Below are positions 22,950-36,015 of a stretch of DNA of 64,000 nucleotides, one piece after another. Location of the stretch: NCBI GenBank assembly GCA_000004985.1, contig GG738858.1, one strand, 5' to 3'. The position numbers and the translations under genes were made by a program. How positions within the stretch are numbered: position 1 is the first letter of the stretch; the number at the start of each line of letters is the position of its first letter. The notes beneath the pieces are model-generated. The model saw only the letters and a list, made by a program, of their open reading frames with translations. It did not search any database and had not been told where the DNA came from. This stretch comes from Naegleria gruberi. Lineage: Eukaryota.

Positions 22950-24536
22950 CTAGTTGTCAGAGTTATGTGCAACTTTTTTGAGATATTTCTCTAGTCGTTT
23001 GGTTTTCTTTTCAGTCATATTGTTCCCAAACAATGATAAATATTCCAGTTTTTTCATTCCTAACAAGTGTTGAATACAATCATCAGTCAGATCATTAGAT
23101 TGTAAGTCTAGATACTTCAAATTTGGCAACCCACTAATCCATTTGATTGCGTTATCGTCTAGACCACAGAAATTCATTTCTAGATAGGTCAAATTGATCA
23201 AATTCTTGTGCCAATATTTAAAACCTTCAACACTTTCAACTAGGTCAGTAAGTGACAAATGAAGACTGGTTAGTTGTTTCATTAAGCCAAGTTGTTTTAG
23301 CACTTCACTACAACAACCAACACATTCTGAAATATCCAATATAGTTAACCTTGGTAATTTTGAAATTGATTTTACCCCTTTAACAGATATTTGTCCACCA
23401 CTAATATTTAGATATGTCAACTCCTTTAAAGAGCTTATTGAGTCTAAAAAATCATCACAAATTTCATTTCCATCAATAAAAAGAGTTGTCAGTTTTGTAA
23501 GAGATGTCAAATATTTTGCTCCACTACTGGTGATTTCATGTTGAGAAATATTTAAATATGTAAGTTGTGTAAGGGAGGCAACTAGTTTAGCTGCCTCATC
23601 ACCAAGTGCATCAATAATTGAATGGTTGCCAATATCAAGTACTCTCAAATTCTTCATAGAGCTAATCCACTTAAGTCCTTCATTTCCAAAATCATTCTTT
23701 GATATATAAAGTTCTGTCAGGTTTATCATTTTAGTAAGGCTTTCGCAGGATTCACTTTCAATCCAAATTCTGTTAATATGGAGGGTTTGCAATGATTCCA
23801 TAGAAGAAATAGGCAGCAAACCTAATGGTCCTAAATCATTATTTCCAATATCTAAAAATGTTAATGATTTTAATCTACTAATAATGTCAGCATCTTCAAA
23901 AGTCAAATTACAGTTATTCACATCCAAACTTGTCAACTTTTTCAAAGAACTTAAATGTTCTACATCTTGGTTCTCCAAATGCACTGATGAAATATTTAAA
24001 CTTGTTAAATTTTCAATCATTCCAATATATTTCACACCATTAGCGCATTTAGTCTTACTAACATTCAATACAGTCAAATGTTTCAAAGATTTCAAACACT
24101 TGACACCTTCCCTGTAACAATTTTGTCCACTCAAATCTAATTCTCGTAAATTATAAAATCGTTTCTGAATAATTGTAAAAATCAAAAGATTATATTTTAA
24201 GTGCAAACATTCTACCCGATCAATATATTTCTGATGACTTTGAGAGAGTTTCTTCCATTCTCTCCTTTCACTAATCCGAAAATTAAATTTAATTCTCGTC
24301 ATAATAATGTCAAACCACTGTCGGCAAACTAGTATACAATTTGTTAGTACTTGAACTGAATCTAAATATGTGATCACCTCAAAAGTCATATCACTGGAGA
24401 GAAAATCAATATTATATTCTAGTTCTTCTTTTGAATCTGAAATGTATTGTTGATCAAGGAGCAATTTTAGATGGTTTTGGTTTTTGATTTTCTTAAGCTT
24501 GGAAATGATGGAATCAAAGGTGCGTTTTCGTTTCAT
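22950..24536 (-). CDS. F-box / leucine-rich-repeat (RI-type LRR) protein, single exon
   Basis: F-box MTFEVITYLDSVQVLTNCILVCRQWFDII is followed by ~14 LRRs (L.xL.L..N.I...G). The ORF extends to 24629 but its first ATG is at 24536. Confidence 0.7.
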   Translation of the reverse strand: MKRKRTFDSIISKLKKIKNQNHLKLLLDQQYISDSKEELEYNIDFLSSDMTFEVITYLDSVQVLTNCILVCRQWFDIIMTRIKFNFRISERREWKKLSQSHQKYIDRVECLHLKYNLLIFTIIQKRFYNLRELDLSGQNCYREGVKCLKSLKHLTVLNVSKTKCANGVKYIGMIENLTSLNISSVHLENQDVEHLSSLKKLTSLDVNNCNLTFEDADIISRLKSLTFLDIGNNDLGPLGLLPISSMESLQTLHINRIWIESESCESLTKMINLTELYISKNDFGNEGLKWISSMKNLRVLDIGNHSIIDALGDEAAKLVASLTQLTYLNISQHEITSSGAKYLTSLTKLTTLFIDGNEICDDFLDSISSLKELTYLNISGGQISVKGVKSISKLPRLTILDISECVGCCSEVLKQLGLMKQLTSLHLSLTDLVESVEGFKYWHKNLINLTYLEMNFCGLDDNAIKWISGLPNLKYLDLQSNDLTDDCIQHLLGMKKLEYLSLFGNNMTEKKTKRLEKYLKKVAHNSDN

Positions 24537-24934
24537 TTTTTTTATTAAGATCAAAAAGATTAAGATGATCTTGAAATTTTTTGAGTAACTTTCTATTGAA
24601 TTGAGGATGCTATTCAAACTAATGACCAATCTCTTAAGTATTGAATTGATCTTGTCAGCTGTGGAAATTTTCTTGAAAATTCATCAAGTTTACAAAAGCT
24701 GTTAATACAATTTCTCTGTCGTTTCTCAATTCTTCATTAAATTCAAGTGCTAAAAATCCATCCCTTTCTGCAATTAGTTTTACAATTATTTTCACTTTCC
24801 AAAAATTCAACGGTATGTCATCTAAATCCTCATCTGAACAGAAAAGTGTTTAATTAAATAGGTATATATAAGCATCTTCTTTACAATTATTCGAATCAAA
24901 ACCCTGGACTCTATCTTCAAACATCAATATAAGA

Positions 24935-25173
24935 ATATGTACTTTTATATACGTCTCTTGGCGAATTGGTATTAGTAGTTACAGTCCCATTTTTTTGGCG
25001 GGTAATTTTTTGGGACAGATACTGAAAGCCCTCGCCTTAATTTTGTATTTTTCATGCTCATAATTATTTCTTTCGCGTCCAATCTGTGACATTCGTTCCA
25101 TACATGGACAAATGTATCAATATCTTGTTCCTGTTTGCATTTGAAAAACAGAGACGTATATAAAAGTACATAT
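24935..25173. mobile_element. Putative non-autonomous DNA transposon (MITE-like). 24-bp perfect terminal inverted repeats ATATGTACTTTTATATACGTCTCT (24935..24958) and AGAGACGTATATAAAAGTACATAT (25150..25173); possible TA target-site duplication if the TIR is taken as TGTAC...; 239 bp with no coding capacity
   Basis: Found directly by reverse-complementing the intergenic sequence. Each arm contains TATATAAAAG. The right arm ends 8 bp before the cyclase ATG at 25182. Confidence 0.4.
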
Positions 25174-25181
25174 CAAAAAAA

Positions 25182-27678
25182 ATGCAAGTTCAACCTGTAC
25201 CAGAAGAATCCGTTAGTTTATTAGAAAGCACACCAAAAAGAAGGAAAGGAGGTTGCATACCTCTACATGCATTTGTCATGATAACAATTTCTGTTTTGAT
25301 TTTGAGTGGTTGTCTTTTAGTTTGGCTTTCGTCTTTCATTGTTTCATCCTATTCGATTCAGAATTTGAATACGAATTTGATAGACGAATCTGCACAAAAG
25401 ATTAGTAGAACACTTGAAGGTTTTTTGAGTCCAGTTGGAAAGGTAATGTTGATGATTCGACTAGTTTATCTTAGTTTCTAACTGTTTATTCGAACAATTA
25501 GATAACGAGAATGATGGCTCGTGACTGGAATAAGGGAGTCGTCACAGTTTCGAATATGAGAGACTATTTACATCCAATCATTGTAGAGTTTGGCTTCACC
25601 TCAGCTGGTTTCTTTTTCAACGATACCTATTCGTATAGATATGCTTTTTCTGTTCAGGGAACTGTTAGTTCATTATTTTGGGGTAAGTTTAACTTTCGTA
25701 CGATTTATTAATGACCTTTCGAATAGTTTATGTAAGACAAGATTATGGTCAAGTAATTTCTTACAGAGATAAAGTCAATATCACCACAGGAGACGTAATC
25801 GTTCCAAACTTTATCAAAGTTGTTCCTCAAGTAGTTAACACTTTCGACTATTGGCTATTTATGGTAAACTATACCAGAGACACTGGAAGCGAAGGCGCAT
25901 TTGGCGATCCTTCTTTTGCAGCTGGTTCTGGATTTGCTCTGACCTACACTCAATGGGTCTATGATCAATTTCTCTGGAAAAACCAAACGAAAAAGAGATT
26001 TATTGGTCTAGCCAAAATCAACCTGTCACTTGACTATATAGTTCAGTATCTTTCGAGTAATATTGATTTGATTGGTGATGGTTATGTGGTTGTTACATTG
26101 AATAGTGGAATTGTAATTGGTGGTTCAATTAATACAACTGTGAATGATGGAACGACAGTTGCGAATATTTTTGACATTGAGACAAGAAAAGCGGGAAAAA
26201 CAATTAAGAAATTTTACGAAATGAATGGAAATACCTTTAAAAACTTTTCGTCGAAAAGTTTGACAGTAGAAAGTGAAGGAGTGAAATATATTGTTTCACC
26301 ATTCAAGTTTAGGTATGAAAATTTGGAGTGGAACATTTTCTTTGTTTTATACGAATCTGATGTCAATGCCCCAATGGTAATGAGTTCTTCCATAAGTGTT
26401 GGAATGACAGTTCTAATTATCATTGTCGGTTTAGTGGCAAGTTTATTGACTGGTTGGTTAGTGGCAAGTCCAATGAGATTCTTAGAGAAACAATTCGAAT
26501 TCATACGAGTCATGAAATTAGAAAATGTCAACATGACAAAATCATCCCCATTCAGAGAATTTCATTCCATTTACGGTAATTTAAATGATACAGTCATGTG
26601 GCTTAATGAAATTAAGGCTTTCATTCCAGAACATGTCTTTGCTCAGCTTAATCAAAGTGAGGAAATTTCACTTCCACCTCCAAAAGAAACCAAAAAGCAT
26701 GCAAAGAAAGAAACCGAATTTGAAGATATGAATGCAAGACAGTCACGTTCAAATTTGGGTTCAAGTCAAGTTTTAAGTTCAGGAAGTGCCGTTAGCCACT
26801 TAGCAAGAAATTCATCATTCAAATCTCCTTCCATTTTCAAGACTGGTTACTTAAAGAAGGGATGTGCCTTTGTACATGTCAAGTTGGAAGGTCTTTCCAA
26901 TAAGGATACTAATTTCATTTCTTCCTTTTTTGAGAAATTCATGTCCTCAGTGGGTCCAATTATTAAGGTACAGCAGGCAAATATTCAGTTTATTACATGT
27001 GATGAATTTGAATTCTCCATTACATCAAAGTATGTGGAGGGCAAACTACTGGAGAAGACAATCGAATGTTGTAATAAGATTGTAAAGACCATTGATCCAA
27101 ATGATAGAATTCAGGCAAGAATTGGAATTTGCTGTGGAATGGCTGAAGTTGGTAATATAGGGACCAAAACAGCAAGATTCTACTCTGTCCATGGTGATGT
27201 TCCAAATTGTGCCCGTTACTATTCTGATCTTGCATGTCAATACAATGTCAATATGATAACAGATGACAAGAATTTACCATTGGACAACTTTATCACAAGA
27301 CCACTTGATAGAATTCAAATTCCTTCAAATGTAGTATTAACTATTTATCAAATAATTGCTAAGAAAAATCAGGAAAATGACGAGTGGCTTTATGAATTGG
27401 AAAATAATAAGCTCAATGACAAGTACAATGAATATTCCAACATATTCAAATTATTCAGTATCAGTGATGATAATTATGATGTAGCTCCTCTCATTAATAG
27501 TGCGAAGGAAATACTGGATCAATACAAACTCAAAGGTTTGGACGAAAGTGATCTTTCCTTTTCCAATTTGAGAAACTTGTTGCATGTATTGAGCCAATCA
27601 CCAAAGCAGGAAGCTCTTTCAATACTACAATCTTATTCGAACACACTTGTGAAGGAAATGAAATCAAATAAATTATAA
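25182..27678 (+). CDS. Receptor-type class-III nucleotidyl (adenylyl/guanylyl) cyclase: TM1, a ~330-aa extracellular sensor domain (Cache-like?), TM2, a HAMP-like linker, then a cyclase homology domain. Exons 25182..25442, 25502..25682, 25727..27678
   Basis: CHD motifs GCAFVHVKLEGLS ... IQFITCDEFEF ... ARIGICCGMAEVGNIGTKTARFYSVHGDVPNCARYYS (compare ariGihtG.v..G.iG..r..y.v.GdtVN.AsR). Two TM helices (ITISVLILSGCLLVWLSSFIV, MTVLIIIVGLVASLLTGWLVA). Introns have GTAATG/GTAAGT donors with consistent phases. Confidence 0.7.
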
Positions 27679-27788
27679 ATAATACACATTCAATAAAACC
27701 ATTTCTCTTCTTTTTTCAATATCTCTGATTCAATCATGTTGTATTACAAAATCAAATACAAAGTGGATTTTACAAAGTCCTAAAAAAA

Positions 27789-29654
27789 ATGAAAAGAAAG
27801 CAATTCGATGATGAGAAACTACCCACCAGCAAGAAATTAAAAGAATGCCCACAAATAACAAGCAGTGCTGTTTCTTGTGTACTTGATGAAAGTTTCGGAT
27901 CAAATTTTCTCCACATTAAATTTACTTTAACCAGAAAATCAATAATCAAGTGGAAAACAAATATTCCCTCTGATTTTATTCCTATTGAATATTATTTTGA
28001 TAAAGAATTTGTTATGGAGGTGGTAAAGAAGGATGGATATGAACTCAGGTGTGCTTCACATGAATTGACAAATGACAGACAAGTTGTTTTGGAGGCAGTC
28101 AAGAATAATGTAAATGCTATTTGGTTTGCATCTGCAAATTTGAAAAATGACAAGGAGTTTATAAAACTTGTGCTGGAAAAAGAAATTAATCATGAGGAAT
28201 TCATATATGGATCAGTACTCGCTTGTTTGTCGAATGAATTAAGAAATGACAGAGAAATTGTTTTACAAGCAGTAAAACAACATGCGTTTGCATTGGAATT
28301 TGCCTCACGAACATTACAGAATGATTACAATCTTGTTTTGAAAGCAGTTCAACTCCATGGAAGTTCACTCACAAAAGCTTCTTTAGAGTTGAAAAACAAC
28401 AGAACAATAGTATTGGAAGCAATCAAAAGAAATGGATCAGCATTCAGATATGCCTCAAAGAAATTGAGAAATGACAGACAAGTTATTTTGGAGGCAATCA
28501 AGACCTATGATCAAACACTTTACTTTACCTCAGAAGAACTGCAGAATAATAAGGAATTTATTTTAGAAGCAGTGAAAATGAATGGCTGGATACTTAAATG
28601 TACATCAAGTGAATTGAAAAATGATGAGGAAGTTGTATTGGAAGCAGTAAGACGAAACAGACAATCACTAAAGTTTGCTTCTGGAAAATTGCAGCAAGAT
28701 ACTGATTTCGTTTTGAAAGCTATTACGCAAAATACAGAGGCACACCAACTTGACTTGGACGGTGATGCAATAATTATTGAACGACAGCATATTTTGGATG
28801 CTATTAAGAAACAAGACGGAACTGTTATTCAAACAATACCAAGTCCATTTCAAAACGACAAGGAAATTGTAATGGAAGCAGTTAAACAAAATGGGTTAGC
28901 GCTAAAATATGCCTCACATGAGCTTCAGAATGATACTGAAATAGTTTTGGAAGCTGTTAAAAGAAATAATTATGCTCTCAAATATGCCTCAATGGAATTG
29001 AGAAATAACAAACAAGTTGTCTTGGAAGCAGTTAAAAGTCACTCAAACGCGCTCAAATATGCCTCAGAAGAGCTGCAGAATGATAAGGAAATAGTTCTAG
29101 AAGCAGTTAAACAAAGTGGATATACACTCAAATATGCCTCCACCGAACTACAACACGATAAGGAATTAGTTTTAATAGCGATTCAACAGTATGGAATTAT
29201 TTGCCCAGAGGAGTTTAGTAATGATAGGGAATTTCTTTTGCAAGCTGCTAAACCAAATGGACGTTCTGTAATGGAATTTGTTTCGAATGAATTAAGAAAA
29301 GATCAACAATTTATTTTGGAGCTGGTTAAACGAAATGTATTAGAAACTCATTATCTTCCAAATGAATTTAGACATGACATGAAACTTATGTCTGAGATAG
29401 TTAGACACAATGGAGTAGCATTGAAATACAGTTCAGAAGAATTGACAATTGAAGAAAAATATATTTTGGAAGAAGAAGCAATTTTACAAAATGGATTTTG
29501 TTTGGATTTTAGTTTTGAAAAATTTTGTAAAAGGATCACACGAGAATATCCTGAATTATACTTGCCAAATTACAAGTTTAAACATTTGGGTGTTGATTTT
29601 CATGTATTGAATGCGCCATTTAGCGTTCCTAATGTAGCAAAGTTGTTCTATTAG
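27789..29654 (+). CDS. DUF4116-type tandem-repeat protein (~16 copies of a ~35-aa unit VLEAVKQNGxALKYASxELxNDKEIVLEAV), single exon
   Basis: Highly regular repeat periodicity in the 621-aa ORF; the assignment to DUF4116 is from memory. Confidence 0.55.
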   Translation: MKRKQFDDEKLPTSKKLKECPQITSSAVSCVLDESFGSNFLHIKFTLTRKSIIKWKTNIPSDFIPIEYYFDKEFVMEVVKKDGYELRCASHELTNDRQVVLEAVKNNVNAIWFASANLKNDKEFIKLVLEKEINHEEFIYGSVLACLSNELRNDREIVLQAVKQHAFALEFASRTLQNDYNLVLKAVQLHGSSLTKASLELKNNRTIVLEAIKRNGSAFRYASKKLRNDRQVILEAIKTYDQTLYFTSEELQNNKEFILEAVKMNGWILKCTSSELKNDEEVVLEAVRRNRQSLKFASGKLQQDTDFVLKAITQNTEAHQLDLDGDAIIIERQHILDAIKKQDGTVIQTIPSPFQNDKEIVMEAVKQNGLALKYASHELQNDTEIVLEAVKRNNYALKYASMELRNNKQVVLEAVKSHSNALKYASEELQNDKEIVLEAVKQSGYTLKYASTELQHDKELVLIAIQQYGIICPEEFSNDREFLLQAAKPNGRSVMEFVSNELRKDQQFILELVKRNVLETHYLPNEFRHDMKLMSEIVRHNGVALKYSSEELTIEEKYILEEEAILQNGFCLDFSFEKFCKRITREYPELYLPNYKFKHLGVDFHVLNAPFSVPNVAKLFY

Positions 29655-29875
29655 GCAAGGAAAGAAATAACTAATAAGGAAAATATTAAGAGTAAATTGG
29701 AAAGAGGAATCAATGAAGGAGAGTTGATACAGCAAATTGGATTTAGTGAATTCTACTGAACATAATTAGTGGACACCATCCCATCTCAATTAAATGTTCA
29801 ATGCTGTTGAATCAAAAAAACGAAAATATTTTAACGATTTAATTTTAGAATTTACAAAATCAAATTTAAAAAAAA

Positions 29876-31072
29876 ATGATGAGTTCACACTTGGAGGAGA
29901 AGAGGATTGCCTTGCTGGGGCTAGCTCCTCCTAAAAATACAGGTTTGTTTTTTTTAAAATCAACATCAATTAATCATGATGATCATAATTTTTGATAACG
30001 AATATTATTAGCGAATGAAAAACCAAAGAATGAAAAATCCACCTCTCGGAAAAGAAGTAATTCAACCAATCAAAACTCCAATGCCGGATCAACGAGTACA
30101 ACCAATACAAATTCTACCACTGCTTCATCATCATCATCGAGTAGAAAAAGAAGTGGAATGACTTCATCAAATAGTACAAATTCCTTGACAAGTGCCTCTC
30201 CTCCAACAACAACAACAACAAATACATCACAATCATCATCTTCATCTAATCAACCACAAACACAACCTCCGCAACCACAACAACAAACCTATACATCTAT
30301 CATTCAAAATAATGGTGAAAGACCTTTAACTGTAGTAATTAAAGCTCCATCTCCTTCTCCGTCAGTAATTGCTTCATCAACAATCGTTGAATCAGCATCA
30401 GTTGCCTCCTCTCAAATTCTTGCACCACCAACTATAACTAATGTTACACCATCTGTGAGTCCTTCATTGTCTCTATCTAAAATTCTACCAACCAATATTA
30501 ATATTGATAGTGAGAGCGTTGATAGTGCATCCGATGATAGCTACTTTATTGAAGATGATGAAGATGAATCATGGAGTGAAGCAAGTGATGAAGAAGAGGA
30601 AGATGAAAATTTCGATGATACTGAGGAGATTGTGATTGTGGATGATGACTTTTATGAAAAGAACTTGGAGAATATTCCAACACAAGAACAAGCACAAATT
30701 ATCCAGAAGAATATCAACTCGGACAAGGTGCAATTTTTACATACTGTGACTGTTATCCCTGTAACAACCTCTGTTCCAAGATTAAAGAGACAATTATCAT
30801 CGGGAATGAATAGAAAGAGAATTACAAAAAAGTCAATTAGTAATCCAACCATTCCGATGGAACAATTTTTCAAGAGATTGAGAGTAGAACAATTGATAAA
30901 ATACAGAAGATATCATAACATTAAAACTGTGACACCAGCTAGTAGTCGGGAGGAATTAGAAGAAGCAACAATCAACCATTTCAAAGATGAACAAGATTTC
31001 GTATCTGAAAAAGCAATTTTAAGCCAACTTTTCCATAGACTTGACACAGCTATTCCAAGTAGGCGTAAATAA
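29876..31072 (+). CDS. SAP30-like (Sin3-associated) protein; exons 29876..29942 and 30012..31072. S/T/Q-rich, acidic middle, C-terminal SAP30 Sin3-binding-like domain
   Basis: MMSSHLEEKRIALLGLAPPKNT|A NEKPK... joins in frame across a GTTTGT..AG intron. C-terminal VEQLIKYRRYHNIKTVTPASSREELEEATINHFKDEQDFVSEKAILSQLFHRL matches the SAP30_Sin3_bdg pattern (LrrYrrhf.L....sKeqL..aV..HF....v.E...I..F). Confidence 0.5.
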
Positions 31073-31103
31073 AATTGGACTGTACATTTAATAAAAACCT
31101 AGA

Positions 31104-33365
<2,262 letters not shown>

Positions 33366-33497
33366 TCATCAAACGAGAATCTCAAATTTTTATTTGATGT
33401 TACGGATGAGCAATTTGAAACACAATATTAAAATTTATTAAATAATAATTATTTAAATTATTTGGTTGATGGTGTTGTGGTGATGGTGATGGAATAA

Positions 33498-34673
33498 TTA
33501 AAATTTAAATGAGGGAAGGTATTGGGAGAGATAGTTAATAATTTGTGATTGTTGGAATTTTTCAGGAGGAATATTGAAGGTGTTGTGAGGAGTTGGATTA
33601 TTGGACAAGTGAGTTTGCATTTGGATAAAGTTGTGTTGATTGTGTTTCTTACATAGTACGGCAACAGATGTGTGACTGCTTTTACCATCTTCGAAGAGCC
33701 ACTCAGTAGAGAGGTTATTTGTATTATCTTGAACCCAGTTATAGTAGCTCACTGATTTTTCATCTTGTTTGGATCTGTCAAAGTTTTTGGTAGGATCGTC
33801 ATGGTGAATATTACTCAAAATTTTGACATTATTCACTTTAAACTTTCCATTAGAATACAGAGCAAGTGATTGGAAATTAGAGGCATTCCTTTCGAATGCA
33901 AATGAGTCAAAAATCTCTAAACGATCAATGTCAATTGACAGGTTTTCTCCATTGATTTTCAAATCAAAAAATCCCATTCCTTCCACAATTACAGTATCAA
34001 ATCCAAGTGATTCTGCAACTGATTGAGAACTTGATTCATTTGAGCAATTTAGATCACCTCCAATTACAACAAATCGTGGAAGAGCAAGAAATGATTTTGA
34101 TTTTTCATTCCACTTCTTTGCAATGACCTCTCTTGCCACAAGATACCATGGTATCACAATGTACAAATCATTAATATTCCCACTCAATGACTGATTTTGA
34201 GACAGGTATAATTTTTTCACTTTTAAATTATGGACTTGCATTGATCCACACAAAAAGCATCCAGTAATTGATTCATAATCAAACAATTCATTCCATCCCA
34301 ACAATTTCATAGATTTTCTAACTAGAATATTCAAGAAGAAATCAGAAAGAATAAACATTGTTCCTCCCATCAAGGCTAAAATTGTTAAAAACATTTGAAA
34401 TAATTCTTTCTGAGAAGGCATCGTACTAGTAAATATTGAAAACATAGATTCCTTTTCCTTCTCCTCTTTAATTTCTTGTTTTTGAATTATTGTGGTTGAA
34501 AAACATTTTGATTGATTTGTTGATTTTAATTTGAATAACATCATCGGAATATTAGATTGATAATTATTAAATATATTCCCATTATTACATATTGTAGGAA
34601 ATATTTTTGATGAATTAGCCAATTGCAATGCACTAGTCCTCCGATTCAATAAATTAAAACTCAATTTTAACAT
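33498..34673 (-). CDS. Endonuclease/exonuclease/phosphatase (EEP)-fold protein, possibly mitochondrial (presequence-like MLKLSFNLLNRRTSALQLAN), with one TM
   Basis: VVIGGDLNCSN and C-terminal SSHTSV (compare SDHxPV) are EEP motifs. The ORF runs to 34772 from a TTG; the first ATG is at 34673. Confidence 0.45.
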   Translation of the reverse strand: MLKLSFNLLNRRTSALQLANSSKIFPTICNNGNIFNNYQSNIPMMLFKLKSTNQSKCFSTTIIQKQEIKEEKEKESMFSIFTSTMPSQKELFQMFLTILALMGGTMFILSDFFLNILVRKSMKLLGWNELFDYESITGCFLCGSMQVHNLKVKKLYLSQNQSLSGNINDLYIVIPWYLVAREVIAKKWNEKSKSFLALPRFVVIGGDLNCSNESSSQSVAESLGFDTVIVEGMGFFDLKINGENLSIDIDRLEIFDSFAFERNASNFQSLALYSNGKFKVNNVKILSNIHHDDPTKNFDRSKQDEKSVSYYNWVQDNTNNLSTEWLFEDGKSSHTSVAVLCKKHNQHNFIQMQTHLSNNPTPHNTFNIPPEKFQQSQIINYLSQYLPSFKF

Positions 34674-34771
34674 TTTTTTTGTAATTGTTAAGGAATTGAT
34701 TTTAATGACGAAATTGAATCTTGAACTTAGCTTTAAAGTTGATTTAGGTTCCAATAAAAAATAGATCAACA

Positions 34772-35752
34772 ATGAAACAAGTTATATTGGGCTTTGATGA
34801 TTCTGTAAAAATAGGTGTAGCCAACTATTCAGTCAATGATACATCAAGCACTGGTTGCACTGTATTCTTCTTTCCGAATCAACAATCAACATGTGTTGTT
34901 GATGTTAGAGGAGGAAGTCCAGGGTTATTTCATGTCTCGGATGGCTATCTGGATGCTATTTGTCTTTCAGGTGGATCTTTATTTGGCTTACAGACAATTC
35001 ATGGAGTTATGGCTGGAATTTCAGAACTGAGATCAAATCCGTGCATGTGGAATCAAATACCAATTGTGAAGGGAGCTATTATTTATGACTTTAAATTGGA
35101 TTCTTTTGATAAGTCTTTTAAAGAATTGGTTTTTCCTGACATTGCTTTGGGAAGAAAGGCATTCAATTGTGTTACAACTAATTCATTTCCTGTTGGATTG
35201 GTGGGCGCTGGAAGTGGAGCAAGAGCAGGTAAAATGTCTGTAATATATGATCTAACAACCAAAGATGATAATTTGTATGCACTTCCAGAACCTTCAGGTC
35301 AAGGAGGCGCCTTTGGATATTATGAATGTAAGGGAGTTCAAGTGAAAATTGGAATATTTTCAGTATTGAATCCAGTTGGTTGTATATTCAATAAGAAACA
35401 AGAATGTGTTCTTGGACATAGGAGCCAAACCATTAAAGAAAAGAGATATGCAACTGAGGAGCTTATTGACATGAATTCAACAGAAAGGAAGGAACAAACC
35501 ACAACAAGTAATACCACACTTACAGTTCTAATCACCAACGTTACAATCTCTGATCAATTAAAAAGACAATTGGCTAAACAATTACACTCTGAAATGAGTA
35601 CTTTCATTCGACCTTTCAATACCCCTGATGATGGCGACACATTCTTCTTTGTTTCTACCAATGAGTTGAGTGAAAATCATTTCAGATACATTGACTTTAC
35701 TTCATTGGCTTCAAAATTATTACCTGATGCCATTCTCAGTATTATTGAATAA
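34772..35752 (+). CDS. Peptidase S58 (DmpA/BapA L-aminopeptidase D-Ala-esterase/amidase) family protein, single exon
   Basis: CVVDVRGGSPGLFHVSDG..., internal GAGSGARAG self-processing-like site, overall 326-aa DmpA architecture; a predominantly bacterial family. Confidence 0.65.
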   Translation: MKQVILGFDDSVKIGVANYSVNDTSSTGCTVFFFPNQQSTCVVDVRGGSPGLFHVSDGYLDAICLSGGSLFGLQTIHGVMAGISELRSNPCMWNQIPIVKGAIIYDFKLDSFDKSFKELVFPDIALGRKAFNCVTTNSFPVGLVGAGSGARAGKMSVIYDLTTKDDNLYALPEPSGQGGAFGYYECKGVQVKIGIFSVLNPVGCIFNKKQECVLGHRSQTIKEKRYATEELIDMNSTERKEQTTTSNTTLTVLITNVTISDQLKRQLAKQLHSEMSTFIRPFNTPDDGDTFFFVSTNELSENHFRYIDFTSLASKLLPDAILSIIE

Positions 35753-36015
35753 AAAAAACATTAACAAGAAATTATGTTGAGAATTCTCATAATTCTGCGT
35801 GAAATAAGGTAAGGTCCACCACACAGTGGAAATCATTGGTCATTACAACGCAGTGAGTTCCATTGATCTAAAAATAAGTTAATGTTCTCTTGAACAACTG
35901 TGTGGAAGAAAAACTATTTAAAAAAATACAAGTTCACTTCCTCAGGCTGTTGGCTCGTAATTTTTGATCATCATCAAAAAATAATTATCAAAAATAATCA
36001 TCATCAGCAATAATA

